A DNA stretch of 63,996 nt, the filler included, from Ionaspis alba (taxonomy: Eukaryota), in the NCBI GenBank assembly GCA_964255285.1. It is 8 parts of 8 records of this genome, joined end to end, with 100 filler letters (N's around TTAATTAATTAA, not from the genome) between each part and the next. Parts side by side here need not be neighbours in the genome. Positions count along the whole stretch, not along the records: positions 24,532 to 32,585 come from CAXUUL010000775.1; positions 32,686 to 40,721 come from CAXUUL010000777.1; 6 more parts are not named here. One strand, written 5' to 3'. Within the stretch, counting starts at the first letter, position 1. Each line of letters starts with the position of its first letter. Shown here in pieces: positions 24,532-38,321 of this stretch. Under the pieces are notes generated by a model, which worked only from the letters and a program-made list of their open reading frames with translations, had not been told where the DNA came from and did no database searches. The translations under genes and the position numbers were made by a program.

Positions 24532-26397
24532 GTGAAGGGTGGGGTGGGATTGGTGAGTGATACCCGAGATGGTGGGCTTTGTGTACGATGCACCTTGTGT
24601 GTGTTTGTGGGATGGGGGAGTGGAGGTGCTGGGTAGCTGGATGTGCTTGGTACTGGGGTTTCTTGTTGCTGGTGTTGGATTGTGTATATGGTGTCCATTG
24701 TGCTTGGCTAGATCGTAGAATCTGCAATGATTGAAGACTTTTCCAAGCTCGTATCTAGCTGTCGCTGGCTCGTCCGAAATGGTTCTTTGGGCTCCGTCGG
24801 TCATTGTATCATGCTACAGATTTATAATCGTTGGTTCCTTTCTTTTTACCTTCGCATTATGATTGGGTTTTCCACGGATTATGGTGTCGTTTTTGAGATT
24901 TGATAGATACAGCGAGTATCTTGCACGATAAGAAAAGAAGATAACTTGAACCGATTGTTTACGATGACTATGTTGAGTAAATACCCCTATAGACATGATC
25001 ACGAAACATTTCTGCCCCTTCTCCTTCTAGCCTCGAGGGAGGGCAGCGGCCTTTTACTACATCTTGCATATACCTTCTTCCCTTCCCCCTGCCTCGACCT
25101 CCCTACTGTCATCTCCTGCCATCCGTCTCCTGACCCTCGCTCGATATAACCCATAAATCGAAATATGTTGACGGCTGCGATGATCGCTTCGCCGGCGCAT
25201 TTCCAGCGCTACAGATTCAATCAGTCCCACGGCGATCATGATCTTTTGTACTTCTGATTTCGCCCAGTTTGCCTGAACTCAGAGTCCACCGGTGCCTGTA
25301 CCCTCCACAAACCATTGTTTGGTCTACGGCTTATGCCAGCGATACAGCCGGGTCCTAATTCGCCCCCTTGTACCTCTGCATTGCAACTCGGCTCGAGCGA
25401 AATTGTGCCTCTGCGTCCCTGAGCCGGCCATCGTTTTACCAATGCTCGGCTCTCCTACGATCTTGATTGAGATCTTCTGCTTCCGGCAGAGATTCCAGGC
25501 CGATACGACCGTCCAAAACGTAGCGCGCCTGCCGGCTTGCCATACGGCCAAGAATAGAAATGCCTCGTCCCTTGTCGCGATCGCTCCGGTTTTCTGCTTG
25601 TCTGTCTAGCTGCGTCGACGAGGATCGCACCTCGGCCATGATCGGATGACCTGACATTGAGGGCTCGAGCATAAATCCAAAAACAGCGGAGGTATGCCAG
25701 GACCAGCGAATGAGCTCAAAGGCGCGTTGGTCTCGCCTCGATCCACAGTTATGTATACCTGGTTGCGCCGACAAGGATGCCGCAATAGTGTCGTTCGGGT
25801 GACATGGCCTCGAGACGTAGATCTCGCCTTTCGATGTCTCCGGGAGGGGCTGCCAATTCGTTGCACCCGTCTCAACTCGAAGCTGCGGGCAGCAGCAGCT
25901 GACGAGGTGTGATGTGTCGACACCTCCGAAGGCCGCAGCGAAGACTCAGCCGGCATGGTGCACGGTTCGAATACGAGGCTCCATATGGTCGAGATTTGCA
26001 GTGGCAATTCTCAGAGATCGGCGATTGAGGCTATTGGAGGCAGGTACAGGAACAAGAGATAGGCTTCGGGGTGGTCTTTCAACATTGAGCGTCATCTCTC
26101 AGCCGGTGACAGAAAAGAGAAAGAGGCTCGGATGGCCGACGAGTCCATAACAGTCACGGGCGCCAGAAGCCATTCGAGATTCCTCTTAGCGCATAATAGA
26201 CACCATAGGTTTGGACGAGGATGGCGAAAGTGAACACAGTTTAAAGAAAGGCCAGCGTCCAGGTCATTGTGCAGGTGTCAATCGCCTTGGGTATGTCTGA
26301 TTGTTTCTTGAAGCTCGAAAATGTGAAGATAAGGAATGAGATCCATCTTCCTTGTGTTCGATCAGCGTCCTCCTGGCGACTAGCTCCTTTAGTAGCT

Positions 26398-27512
26398 TCA
26401 CGAGTTGAACCACGCATCTTGCAAAAGCTCCCTTGCCGTCGGTCTGTCCCTTGGGTCTAATTTCATCATTTTCGCGATGAAGTCCCTGTCTGGCCGTGCG
26501 AGTTCATCGTCTTCGGATTTGGAGAACGGGAGCCACTTTTGGTTCTCCTGTATGTAGACAATTGCACCCGTGCAGATTGCAAGGCGTTCCGCGTCAGCGA
26601 TCTCCTCGAAACTGTCATTGAACGGCCCGAAGCGCCTGACTTGCTCAACAAGCACCCAAAACCCGTAATGTTCATCGTCGAAGGGGACATTTGCTGGCCT
26701 AAAAATATGCCAATTTCCGCCGAATATGAGACTGATCAGCTGCACAGATCAGTACGAGATGTCTGGCAGAAAAATTAGTCAACTACGTACTGTGGCACCG
26801 AGAGACCATATATCCGTCAGCGGCCCCCATCTGAGATTCAATTGAGCCTCGGGACTTCTGAAAATTGCGGCGCTGATCACGTGACTTTTTTCGAGCGGAC
26901 CAGCGTCTGGATTAAATCGATACACATCGCCACAATCTCCCAGCGCGACTCTGCTAAAGCGGGTTGCGTCATTACCATAGTTGATGAGAATGTTGTCGGG
27001 CTTAACATCTAGTTCAAACATAGCATTAGAACAGCAGTTGGCCGTGTGATAAAGCATGATTACTGACCAGTATGCACAAAGCCATTCTCGTGGAGCACAG
27101 CAAGCGCTTCGAGTACCGTGCGAGCTACAACTTTCACGTCTGAACCTTCCAGTTTTTTCCGACTGCATACGTCCAGGAGGTTGTCGTCCAGGTACTCTAA
27201 AACCAATGAGGAAGGGCTTTCGATGTTATCAATCATCTGACGAATGCAGGTGTGATTTTGAACGATCTCGAGAATTTCGTGCTCAATGCTCAAAAGGTGT
27301 TGCGGCGCTCTCTTGATGATCACCTGGCGAGCGTTCTCATCACTGCCGCCTAGTAAGCCAAATGACAGCAGCGCATAGAAACATGTTATGGTAGCTCACA
27401 TAGCTTTCCAAACATCTCGATCCTTCGTAAACTGCTCCAAAACTTTGTACGAGCTTACTTTGCCTCTTAGCCGATGACCTACTGCTAAAGTTTTGGCGAC
27501 CTCGCCGGTCAT
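26398..27512 (-). CDS. Divergent Ser/Thr protein kinase (four exons; start could be 27539)
   Basis: VIIK, HT/DVKPDNILI catalytic loop, LGDCG in the DFG position, FRSPEA, TDIWSLG, MKLDPRDRPTARELLQDAWF. Introns at 27343-27399, about 27010-27069 and about 26740-26789. Confidence 0.85.
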
Positions 27513-28430
27513 GCTCAGAAGCCGAGTGGTAAGACGCATACAGGCACAAAGAAGAGCTGACTGGCAAGAGAATATCGGTGTTGACTGCCAAGTAAGTGAA
27601 AGCCCATTCACCAAAATAGACGCCAGATGTTATTAACGGGCCTTGGATGCCTACGACGCCTTCGCTCTAGCGTGGGGGGTCGAGATCGAGGCAGTCATGT
27701 TGGTAAGGAGGGTAATGTTTTTGAAGGCTTGTGTGGAGGTTGAGAGTAAGTGATAAGGGCCAGGGAGAGAGTATGTAGTTGCATGGTTGAAGCCGCAACG
27801 TTTTGAGAGGTCTTGGACATAAGAAGTTGTTGTCGTTCATTTCTTGTCGCCTCTGGAGGCAAAAGGATTGCATCCTAATATCAATTCTTCCAACAAAATG
27901 CCCACAATTATTCTCTTTTCCCGTTCCCAAGAGATTCCACAGCCAATTGCGCAAGCAGCAGTTGCTTAGGCGATGTCTGATAACAAATTGTCGCTGGACG
28001 AACACTTCCACCGTACGGGTAAAAGCCATGACCGCGGCAAGCGAATGCCAAGGCCGACTATCTCAGGGCTAAGATCGGCTTGCCCTTTCCGCCGCCTAAG
28101 GGCCCACATAGGACAAAAGACCGACCGATCAGGATGCAGGAACATGGACGAAATGCCATGGCGTCCGATCTTTGGGGCGAGAACCTCAAAAGAGGTCTCC
28201 CCACCTTATCGAACGCGAAGCCGTCCTGTCCGGTGTTCCACATCAAACGGAGTTACTTGGTCGTCTTCCTACAACATAGACATATTTTACATTTTTATAC
28301 CGGTGTCCGGGCTAGCGTCACGATTCTCGGACGATAAGAGCAGACTGCATATAGTTTTGATTTAAACATTTCTTTTAGAACTTGAGCAGAATCTAGCATT
28401 TCCCACCAAGCTCACGGAACCATCTCAAAA

Positions 28431-29193
28431 ATGCCTCTTGTCGTCGAACATGCCAGCGAGTCCGATCTCCCCCGGCTGATGGAGATCCAATTCAACGCCT
28501 TCGCCCACGAACCTTACCACCACGTCCTCTTCCCTGGGGGCAACAACCCTGAAGCCCGCGCCAAAGCCGCTGCGAGAATTTGGAAAGATGTCCAAGATGA
28601 CCCCACGGACAATATTCTCAAGTGTACGGACACCGCGACAGGTGAGATATTTACGTATGGCAAATGGAACGTTTACGACAAGGAGAGGACGAGGGAGGAA
28701 TGGGATAAGCATGATGAGATTTATTGGTGTGATGGGATCATCAAGGAGGCTTGTGAGGAGTTTGTAGGGAAAGTGCATGGGATGAGACATAAGGCTACTG
28801 GGGGTCAGAAACATCTTTGTGGGTACCTCTATCAATCGAGTTCGAGATGTGCTTTGGTTTTGGGACTGCTCCTGCGCAGGTAGCTCAATTCTCATTCTGT
28901 CTTACTGACCACAAATACTCATAGTGCTCAACCTCCTCATCACGGATCCTATCCATCAGAAGAAGGGCGGAGGAAGGCATCTCGTGCAGTGGGGTACAAA
29001 GAAAGCAGACGAGCTGGGTATTCCCGCCTACCTAGAGGCAACGAAAGAGGGAGAGCATCTTTACAAGACGCAGGGCTTTCATGTGATCGACGAGGTGGTC
29101 ATTGACTGCGACAAGTGGGAGGGCAAGATTGGAGAAACGGGCAAATATCGGTATACAATGATGTATCGACCTGTTGGTGGACCGAAGGCGTGA
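28431..29193 (+). CDS. GNAT-family acyltransferase (two exons, intron 28819-28924)
   Basis: Motif A LITDPIHQKKGGGRHLVQWG and motif B AYLEATKEGEHLYKTQGF. Confidence 0.9.
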
Positions 29194-30300
29194 AGTAGGA
29201 TGGTCAGTGCAGTAGTGATAGAGGAATTCTGGTGGTTTTCTGGAGCATAGACTTCTTGGCAAGGTATCAGAAGTTTCTGAATATAAAGATTCGTGGTACA
29301 GTATCAGTGGATGAAAGACTCTTGACATGGGAGCATTCGACATAAAATAGGGGATATCGGCAAATCAACATAGCCTCAAGCCTGAATCATGCTGTTTTCA
29401 TCAAAAGGGTAGCACCTTGTGCGCTTTTGGGCCTCTACCTCAACCGCCAATGGACAAACATGATACCATGAGAAGCTAGGGAAGGATAGGAAATTCAGTT
29501 ATAGGACTATTAAAGGCAATCTCACGCAAGTTGTAAGGACTCAATGGATATGGAAAGCAGTGTGCTAGATATTGCAAAAGAGAACACATACGAGCGACGA
29601 AGAGTGGCGTAATGTCGATTGTAGAATAGCCACGCCATAGGTCTTAAGCAAGTTCGAGCCAATAGCTCTATACTCTGCAAACTCTCGCCCAATGAATACT
29701 TGCTAGAGCTCCAGTGGGAGATGGTAGGTATATGGAGACGTATATGACGCATATACCTAGGTCGACAATGGAGTTGGGCAGGACTTCCCCGAACAAAATA
29801 ATACCTAATGCTCTAAATCTGCGTAGCAAACTCGATTCACAACTGTAGGGGTTACATCTGATTTCGAGGAGGGTTAAAAGAAATATATGTATATGTTTAA
29901 GATAGCACATTTTGACCAATTTCCGTTGCAGAGCGTCTCAACGAAGTGTAAACTCTGCCTAGAAAATGTACTACTAGCAATCGGACCGCAGTCAAAGCTA
30001 AACAAGGGAGTTGGCTGCCCAAGTAGTCGCCGAAATGTGCTGGGGGAGAATTTTTTAGCGGAAGAGGGACCCTCTATCGATTGGGCGGTTTGTTCATTAA
30101 TTCCTTCGATTGAGGGTCAGCCATAGGTCAGCCCCCACGTCATATCCGCTGAACCCTCTACACATGAAGTCTCTCTTCCTTATCGGCAGCAATCAAACGA
30201 AAACAGCTCAACCCTTGTACATACTGCTGTTTTCTGTACGATGAACCTCAAAAACCGTCTTTTACGATCTTGAACTCTTCATCTCCTCTTCTAATTGATA

Positions 30301-32022
30301 ATGGCACCCAGTCTAATTCATCTACCCAACGGGCAAACGCTCACAGTCTCTCCGGTCTTCGGCGGTCTATACTTCAAGGCGAATGAGCTCAACACGCATA
30401 ACCACGATGCATTTCCACCTGGATGGACAACAATACTGCAAGAGGAGGATGATGACGAAGAAGACAACGAGACTGGTGGAGACGGCCATGGTTATCAGGA
30501 CGTCCCAAGAAAACACAACCATGTGCATCGATACCGGAAACCGACGCTGAAAAACGATACCCTCTTCCTATCCTCCATTTCCAATCCTAGCAGTAACGAA
30601 TTCAAACCTCCATCTTCGCCTTCGCGGCAGATTGCAATGATGCTCTGGGCAACGCTATGGTGGTACTTCCATCAGGTACATCTACACCTCAATTGAAACA
30701 AACTCGCCCAAACTGATACACGCTTTCAGCCCCGTCCTGACCCCCATTACAACGACGGCAGCAATTCAAAAATCCCCGAAAAGGGCAGACCAAAGGGCGA
30801 ATGGCGTATCCGAATCAAAAGAGAAGGCATCTTCAAAGGCCGACACCTGCTATCAAAACTAGAGCGAATGGGCCTGATCGCAAGCGAGGACTCCTGCGTA
30901 GGCCCCGAGGTCGATGACCGCGCCGGCGAAGGCTGGCAAGAAATGTTCGTCAGCCAGCGTACCTTCTGGCAAATCGACGCACGCATCTTCCTCTTCACTC
31001 TCTCGCCAGCTCTCAACTCTCCCTTCCCCTCCGCCTCACCCTACCCCTCACGGCCCAACTCTCCCAGCCGCGAAGGCGGCGGCACCGTCTCTCCCCGCCC
31101 CGAACTAGCTCATGAGCACGCCATGTCCGGGCTCTGGTCCCCACAAACAACAGGTCCCTTCAGCTCCGCCAGCCACCTCCCGACATACTATCCACCGCCG
31201 CCCACGCAATACATAATGACAAACAACGTCCGGCACCCGCTGCGTCAGAAACCGCCTCGCCAGGGCGAAACCTTTTATACGCGCTACGTACCTAGCGTGG
31301 GCCAATACCTCTCCTTCCGCGTTGCGTCACTCTCTCCAAAATCACCAACTCACTCCGGCCCGGTCAGCTCCACAACGCCAACTTTCCTCCCACCGAGCAA
31401 CGCTCTCTCGCACGAAGCAACCATCCCTAGTCTAGGTAATCTATCCATTAACGCCAGCGACACCGAGCTTCTGCACAGCTGGATGAATATCCCGCGCGTG
31501 TCTGAGGCGTGGGGCGTCGCCGGCCCGACATCGACGCAAGAAGCGTTCCTGAAATCGAATTTGAGTAGTCGGCACAGTTTCCCGGTGATAGGCTGCTGGG
31601 ACGGGAAGCCGTTCGGGTATTTCGAGATCTACTGGGTTAAGGAAGATCAAGTGGGGCGGTACATGATTGGGAGTGATGTCGGGGATTGGGATCGCGGGTT
31701 CCATGCTCTGGTTGGGGAGGAGGAATTTAGAGGGAAGGAGAGGGTTAGGGTTTGGATAAGTGCGTTGGTGCATTATTGCTGGTTGGCGGATCAGAGGACG
31801 CAGAGGGTGGTTTGTGAGCCGAGGGTGGATAATGAGAGGTGAGTTTTGTTCTTTTAATGGCGTTGGGAGGAGCGGCTTGGGCTGACTGTGACTGATTGGA
31901 CCAGGTTCATTGCCCATCTTCAAGATGCTGGGTTTTATAAGGAGAGGGAGATTGCGTTTTCCTATAAGCAGGCGGCTTTGATGAAGATACAGAGGGATGC
32001 TTGGGAAGCGCCTGCGTTGTGA
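30301..32022 (+). CDS. sidL: Siderophore N5-hydroxyornithine acetyltransferase, SidL-like (IucB/AlcB GNAT domain), three exons
   Basis: N-terminus [22 protein letters not shown]; AlcB-type domain [17 protein letters not shown]...[13 protein letters not shown]...[15 protein letters not shown]...EPRVDN. Introns at about 30676-30730 and 31839-31904; ends WEAPAL*. Confidence 0.85.
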
Positions 32023-32357
32023 ATGCGGTTTTTGGATATTGAGGTCTAAGGATCTAGCATCTTCATGTGGTAATGCATGTGTACATTGGGATGTATTGCT
32101 AAATTACTAAGATAATTTACCTACCCAAAGGCAAGATTATTCTTCAACATCAAAAGGTCGTCCTTCAGAAATGAATTCTCGAGTTGGGACACGCTTGCTG
32201 GTATTGGAAAAGGTAATAATTCGTCCTGTAGGGCATTGAACTAGTTCAGGACAGCTCGAGTATCTGGAAAAGTGAGTTATCCAAGAGAGTACCAAAACCA
32301 GTCTGCTAATTAACGGGTGCCATAGATTTATTCTAATAGCTGGGCAATATTCCTCAG

Positions 32358-32585
32358 TCAATTTCTATCCAAACCGAGCCTTCCAACCCGAAAAGCATCC
32401 GGAAACCAACCATCATATTCCTTCTCATCATCCCCCCTGAGCATACACACCAGTGCCTCCGCCGCTGCGAACGCCTGCGCCATGCCTACATCCTAGTCAG
32501 TCCTTGCCCACCATCCCAAACATCAGAGGAAACAAACATACCATGCCCACTATACCCCCCACAAACCCACAGCCCCTTCCCCACC
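32358..32585 (-). CDS. 3' fragment of an FAD-dependent oxidoreductase (DAO family); not in the ORF track
   Basis: Minus strand VGKGLWVCGGYSGHG, then a 56-nt GTATGT...CTGAC...TAG intron (32486-32541), then MAQAFAAAEALVCMLRG...WFPDAFRVGRLGLDRN*. GYSGHGM is the C-terminal FAD-contact motif of this family. Confidence 0.75.
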
Positions 32586-32685
32586 NNNNNNNNNNNNNNN
32601 NNNNNNNNNNNNNNNNNNNNNNNNNNNNNTTAATTAATTAANNNNNNNNNNNNNNNNNNNNNNNNNNNNNNNNNNNNNNNNNNNN
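32586..32685. other. Artificial contig spacer
   Basis: N44-TTAATTAATTAA-N44. Confidence 0.98.
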
Positions 32686-35600
32686 GTGGTGGCTGGGGTT
32701 GAGGGGTGGGGAAGGCGGGTGGGCGGTATAGGCGGGACGGGTAGAGAACGATCCAAGGGAAACGGGTGGCGCCTGTGGTTGAGAGGGTTCGACAACGTGT
32801 TGCGGGTAGTAGCCGGTGGTGAAGAAGGCCGGCTGGCGTTGTGGACCCCAGGTGGTGGGTGGCGGAGTGCGGGATGGTGGTGGAGGTATCGCTTGCTGTT
32901 GTATCGGGTGCGGCTGCATTTGCTGGGAGAGGTGGGAAAAGGAGGCGAGACGATTGTGCTGGGCATGTTGGGCCTGTTGGTGCATTTGCTGCTGTTGAGC
33001 TTGCTGCTGCTGCTGAGCGTGCTGCTGCTGTTGAGCTTGTTGCTGTTGCTGAGCATGCTGCTGGTGAATGGCTTGTTGGTGAAGGTGCTGTTGCTGTTGC
33101 AGCATCTGAGCTGCCTCGCTACTCGGATCCCGTCTCGGGAGCTGTTGCAGAGGCTGGGTTGGCTGCTGATAAGCTGGACCAGCTGATACAGGAGACTCAG
33201 GACGTTGGGCTGGTGCTGGGGCACGAATTTCTTGAGCGGGCTTGCGCGGTTGCGGCTCGGAAGCAGGTTCATTCAGGATCGAGGAGATATCGAATTTCTT
33301 CTGTGGTGCTTGTGCAGGACGTTGTGGCTGTTGGAATGGAGTACTCGCCGGTACAGAATTCGGTCTCGTAGTCTGCTGCTGTGAAAGTGACTCCGGTGCT
33401 GGACGTGCGCTGATCGGTGACTGTGTAGGTCCTTGCCCAGCAGATCCCGCGCCAAGAGTATCGATTCGACGTACAGCGGGTGGCGATGGATCTGTCGGTG
33501 ATGGGTGTGGGTGGGAGGTGGTAACACGTGGTTTTCGGTCTCCGTCTGACATGATCGATGATTTGCGAATATGTGAAACAGTAGCAGGTGGTGCTGGTTG
33601 CTGGATGATCTGAGAATACCGTGGTGGGGCTTGCACGATTTCCTGCTCAGTGTTGACCTTGTATTGTCGTGTCCAAGCTTCGTCAACGTCTTGTGGATTA
33701 GCTGTTTGAGCACGACGATGCTGCTGTTGTGGTGGCACGGAAGCCGGCTGCTGTTGCTGCTGGTGTTCGCGGGGTAAAGTTGAGCTCGAAGGTCCTTGAT
33801 GCGAAACGTTGTGCGAAGAACGATCTGTGTTGAAGTAGCCCGCCCGTGGTCCTTGTAAAGGTTGCGACGAGCGTTGGTTTTGCTGCGATGTCCCCTGAGG
33901 TCGAACAGTAGTGGAAGAGCTTTGTTGTGCAATAGGTTGTTGCGAGATGCTAGTAGAAATAGTTCCAGTTTGAATCAATGGTGCAAGTCGAGGTTGTACC
34001 TGACCGTACTGTGGAGGTGACGTATGTGCAGCAGCATTTGAGTGGTAAGCTGTAGCTTCCGTTTCTTCGACAATTCCGTCTGTGCTGGGGGCGAGGGGAC
34101 GTTGAACGATCGGTTGCGATGATGAATCGGGTCGTCGCTTCTGAGCTAAAGTTGGTTGAGGGGGATTACCCATTTGTTCGCCACGCCTAATCCTCTCGTC
34201 GACCTGATCGGCCAAAACACCAAGTTCGAGCTTACCATTTTCGATTTGACGATTGAAATAGTTCTTGACCTTGTCATCGTCAGCATCAATGTAGATCTCA
34301 AGGTTTCCCTGCATTTCAAGGGGTAGAAATGTACCATTATATGCGTCTTAGTCTTTAGTATACTCGCAATTTGGTGCCAGTCCGTTCCATAGTGAGCGAC
34401 TAGTTTGGCGAAGTCTGTTTGTTCAGGCACCGACCAATAGCTCGAAGTTCCGGTGCCTGGACCCCTTGGTTGCGGATGTTGTTGTTGAGGCTGTACTGGA
34501 GGCTCTGGAGCCATTTGGGGTTGCAATTGCTGAATCGATGGCTGAAGCGGGCTCGGGCGGAAATCCAGGGGTCCAATGGAAGAGCCAGGTGGTGCGGACC
34601 ACGTCTCAGTGTACGCAATAGGAGGAGCCAAGGATGAGCTGGACTGACTATTATGAAGACTTGTAAGCAATTCCGCGTCTTCCATCTCTTTGATCCTCTG
34701 GGCATCTTCAAGCTTTGGCTCTTTGCTCTTGCCTCTTGTGTTATCCTGTTCCTTTTTGGAGGGTGACGGCCCGGGAGCTGCCGCAATCACTCGACCACGT
34801 CTTGCACCTTTCTCCTTTGGCTGACCGCCCCGAGTACGCCTCGGCGCCGGCTTCTCACCATTACCATCACCGGAGGATTCCCCACGACCAGCACCACGGC
34901 GCCCAGGTGTTGGTGCTGGCGTGACGGCATCATTATCACTCTTGTCCGCATTATTCCCGAAGGTAGGTGCTGCACCACGCCTTGGACGACCTGTTTCTGT
35001 GACAGCTACTTGCGGAATATCGAAGGCAATACCATCGTACATTTGCCCTCGACCACCTAGATCGGACATCAAAGCGTTCGATTTCGGACGTCCTTGAGCC
35101 CCTCGTGGTGCTCCTGGCTTACGTCCCTTCTTACCATTCCTCTTAGCCAGCTGGCCTTTGTAATTGGAATCCTTTTTCGTCCAGTAATAATGTCTGATAC
35201 AATCTTGATAATCACGACCAGGAATGCATTGTGCGATGTGTCCCCATTTCTTTTCGTGCACCATATAGCTCTCTGTGAAAAGTCTGTGCTCCTCCAGTGT
35301 AAAGTCATCGGGAAGGGGCACAAATGAAAATGCTGCCAACGATCGCTGCGTGCTAATCAAATGATTCGTATCTTCATACATGGCTCTTTTGGCTTCGCTT
35401 GCGCTCAGCATGTCAGGAATCACTGCCTCTTTCCTCATGTCTGGAAAGGCTTCACTTTCTTGGGCTTGCCTTTCACGAATCTCTTCCGCCTCAGCTGTCT
35501 CCTTTTTAGACATCTCGAGCACGCGTTGGAAATCGTATTCACTTGTCACGATTCGTCCGCCTCTTCTGCTTTCCACCATAGGTAATGGAGTAGTGACGAG

Positions 35601-38321
35601 AGATTCTGGAGCAGGAGATGGTGTGGCCATGGTCGCCTCTTCCAAAAGTCTTTTTTCCTCATCAAGAGCCTCGACTTTGAGTTTCCAAGGTTTGTATAGG
35701 CGAGCGTATTGCTGTCTCATCTCTTCGTACTCGGCGCTAGTTTGTTCTTGCTTTCCGGCAAGATAGTCCAAGATCAGAGATCTTACCTGATCATGATGGG
35801 CACGGCTTTCCTGTATGACAGAGATTTCCGATAGTGGAGTCGGTGGTCCGGAAACTAGATATGGGAGGTTCTCCACATCAAGAGTTGAAGATTCTGAAGC
35901 ATTGGTGTCATCTGCGGTAAGATCGCCATTTGCATCGCCACGCGTAGTGTGGGCCTCTTCGGTATCAGGTGAAGGCAAGCCCAGAGAAGCGTGGGCTGTG
36001 GGCCGCTTCTCAGGCTCGGTACGTTCAGGGACAAGTCCGTTCTTTAGGTCTTCCGCAGCGCTAGCGAGTGCGTCAAGCTCTTCCAGCAAAGAAAGCAGTT
36101 CAGCATGATGCCGAGGAGTCGCTGGTCTCTTGGCATGCAAAGTTCGCATTTCCCTACTAAAACGTCTTTCCGCATCTTCGAAATCTTCCTCGTCCAAATC
36201 CATACCATCGTCTTCATCAGTGCCAGCATCGGCTTGCTCGTTTTCTTCCTCGTCCACGATTCCAGCTGCAGTTGACGCCATATCATTCAAATCAGTCTGT
36301 TCGACAGAAGCTTGTTGCCCGCTCTCGGGAGCAGGACTATTATGAGCGGAGCCATCTTTGGTGCGAGGTTCACCGGCTCTTTCGGCTTTCTCGGCTTTCT
36401 CGACCAAAGTTGTGTTTTTTGCTTCATCGTGGTGAGAGCTTCGAGGCTCCTGGTCAGGCAGCACGCCATGTAGACGGGCTGCACGTTCTTCTCCTGTATG
36501 GTCTCTCTTCACAGGTAATACAGAATTTGCAGTAGGCGGCACAGTGTTCATGATAGACGGCCGGAATTTCGGATTTACCCAAGTATTCCCTCGTGGAAGC
36601 TGACCTCTCGGAGCCATTGGAGCTCGTATTGAAGGCTGTACAGGCCTTGGTTGGACGGTCCGTGGACCTCTCGGAATCGCCCGTATCGGTGGCTCTGTTG
36701 AAGCTGAGCTGCCAAAGCTACCAGCGTGCGTCTCATTATGCGTAGGTCGGCCTGGCGGCTCAGCGTTCGATTGGTTCTGTGCTCCAGGTGGGCTGCCATA
36801 AATTGGCCTTGATGCCGAAGGCAGCATTTGTCGCGGAACGGCTTTCTGGGCCATCTGAGCAGCAGGCGCAGCAGGAATTTGTTGGCCATGGTGGGAGGTG
36901 GGAAGCCGCTGCGAAGTGCCAAATCGCGTTGTAGACGGACTCGAGGCACCAACGTTGCCCGATGGTGCAGCAGCTCTAGTATCATGCTGAGCTTCGTGAT
37001 TGCGACCAGGCGATACAACACTATTGATAGGCGGGCGCCTTGCGAATGGAGATCCTGCTTTAGGTCCAGTAGGTGGTTGAATTAGGTTGAGCTCAGCCTT
37101 TGGAGCCTTGGGCGCGACCTTGATAGGATCTGTGATCTCGAATCTTGCAGGGGCGGATGAGGGAGGCTCATCTCTAGAATGCTGGGTAGTGGGCTGTGTG
37201 CTTGAGACTGCTCGATAGGCGATAGAGCCGAATGCTGGTACCTGAGGCGCTTGAGGTGGTGAAGACGGTGTCTGAGGTGCATTATAGCTCCTTGGCGCCT
37301 CGGGACGGAAAGAACCTTGGTATGGTCTGCTTTCGTCTTTTGGAGCCTGGTCGAGGCTCGGCGCTGGTAGAGTTGCTGAAGCTCTTCGACCAGTGTCTGA
37401 AGCCGGAAGTACTGGCTTAGATGTGGACCGGTCATTGGTGCTTGTATTTGAGGGACCTAAAGACTGAGAATGTGGGGTCGATGGGCGAGTATGGCTACCG
37501 ACCGAATTTCGCGACTCTGGTCTGTATGGTGGAGGCTCTTTTCGATAGCGATCAAAATCTCTGTCCCAATCTTCCTTCGGATACCTTTTCTCATCCTCTC
37601 GTCGCAAAGGCTCCCTCTCACGGTCTCGAGCTGATTCATCTCGGACATCTCGATCCCAAATTCGATCGCGGGAACGACTTCTGGGCGGAAACCTGTCTCT
37701 ATCATCTACGAATGCACCGCGACCTCTTCCTCTAGGTTCCCAGTCACCACGTCCTCGGCCGCGAAAGCCACCACGGGCGAAGAATCCAGCAGAAGGCGGT
37801 GCATCAGACACGGACGAGGTAGCTGATAAAGGACCATCTCTAGAGTTCCTTCTTACTCTGCTCAGATCCAGATCTCTCGGCTGTCCATCCCTCGAATCTC
37901 GAAAGTCTCTCACTGGTGGTGATCTTGAGCGGTTTCTGCCCGGGGAAGAAGGCCTCCGGTCCCGATTATCGAAATTGTCTCTTCGAGGCCAGTCGCGATC
38001 GCCATCTCTCCTTGAAAAGTGTGGCTCTCTCAAATCACGCGCGTCACCGCGTCCAGCGAAACCTCTTCCGCGCGGTGCAAACCCGCTACTTCGAGGGCCA
38101 TCGGGAGCTGCCTTGGGACCTCTAGGAGCTTCTCTCGGAACGTCACGCGCTGGTCCGGGGTAATTATGTGAGTCACTAGGGCGGTAAGGTCCGTCGGAGT
38201 TCCGTGGTGGTGGAGGCCCGTTATACGGACCTGAAGGGCGCCTATCGACAAACCGTGGTGGAGTCCTGTCTCTGGGAGGGTAGCGAGAATCGCTGGAAGT
38301 AGGAGGAAACCTTGAAGACAT
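32686..38321 (-). CDS. SNT1: Snt1/NCoR-like two-SANT-domain protein (Set3C scaffold), >1800 aa; 3' truncated; intron 34270-34335
   Basis: SANT1 DDFTLEEHRLFTESY...KKWGHIA...DCIRHYYWTKK and SANT2 SSYWSVPEQTDF...GTDWHQIA..LKTKTHIM/VKNYFNR. RD/RG-rich N-terminus and Q/P-rich C-terminus. Confidence 0.85.
32960..33105 (-). repeat. Imperfect poly-Gln (Q/H/A) coding repeat in SNT1
   Basis: QQQQHLHQQAIHQQHAQQQQQAQQQQHAQQQQQAQQQQMHQQAQHAQH. Confidence 0.8.

Noticed and set aside
24532..24804. Three open minus-strand frames at a contig start
   Set aside because: Explained by strong C/A skew removing stop codons; no recognisable protein, though a truncated gene start cannot be excluded.
25960..25980. 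GGTTCGAAT as a tRNA T-loop
   Set aside because: Flanks do not pair and no cloverleaf forms.
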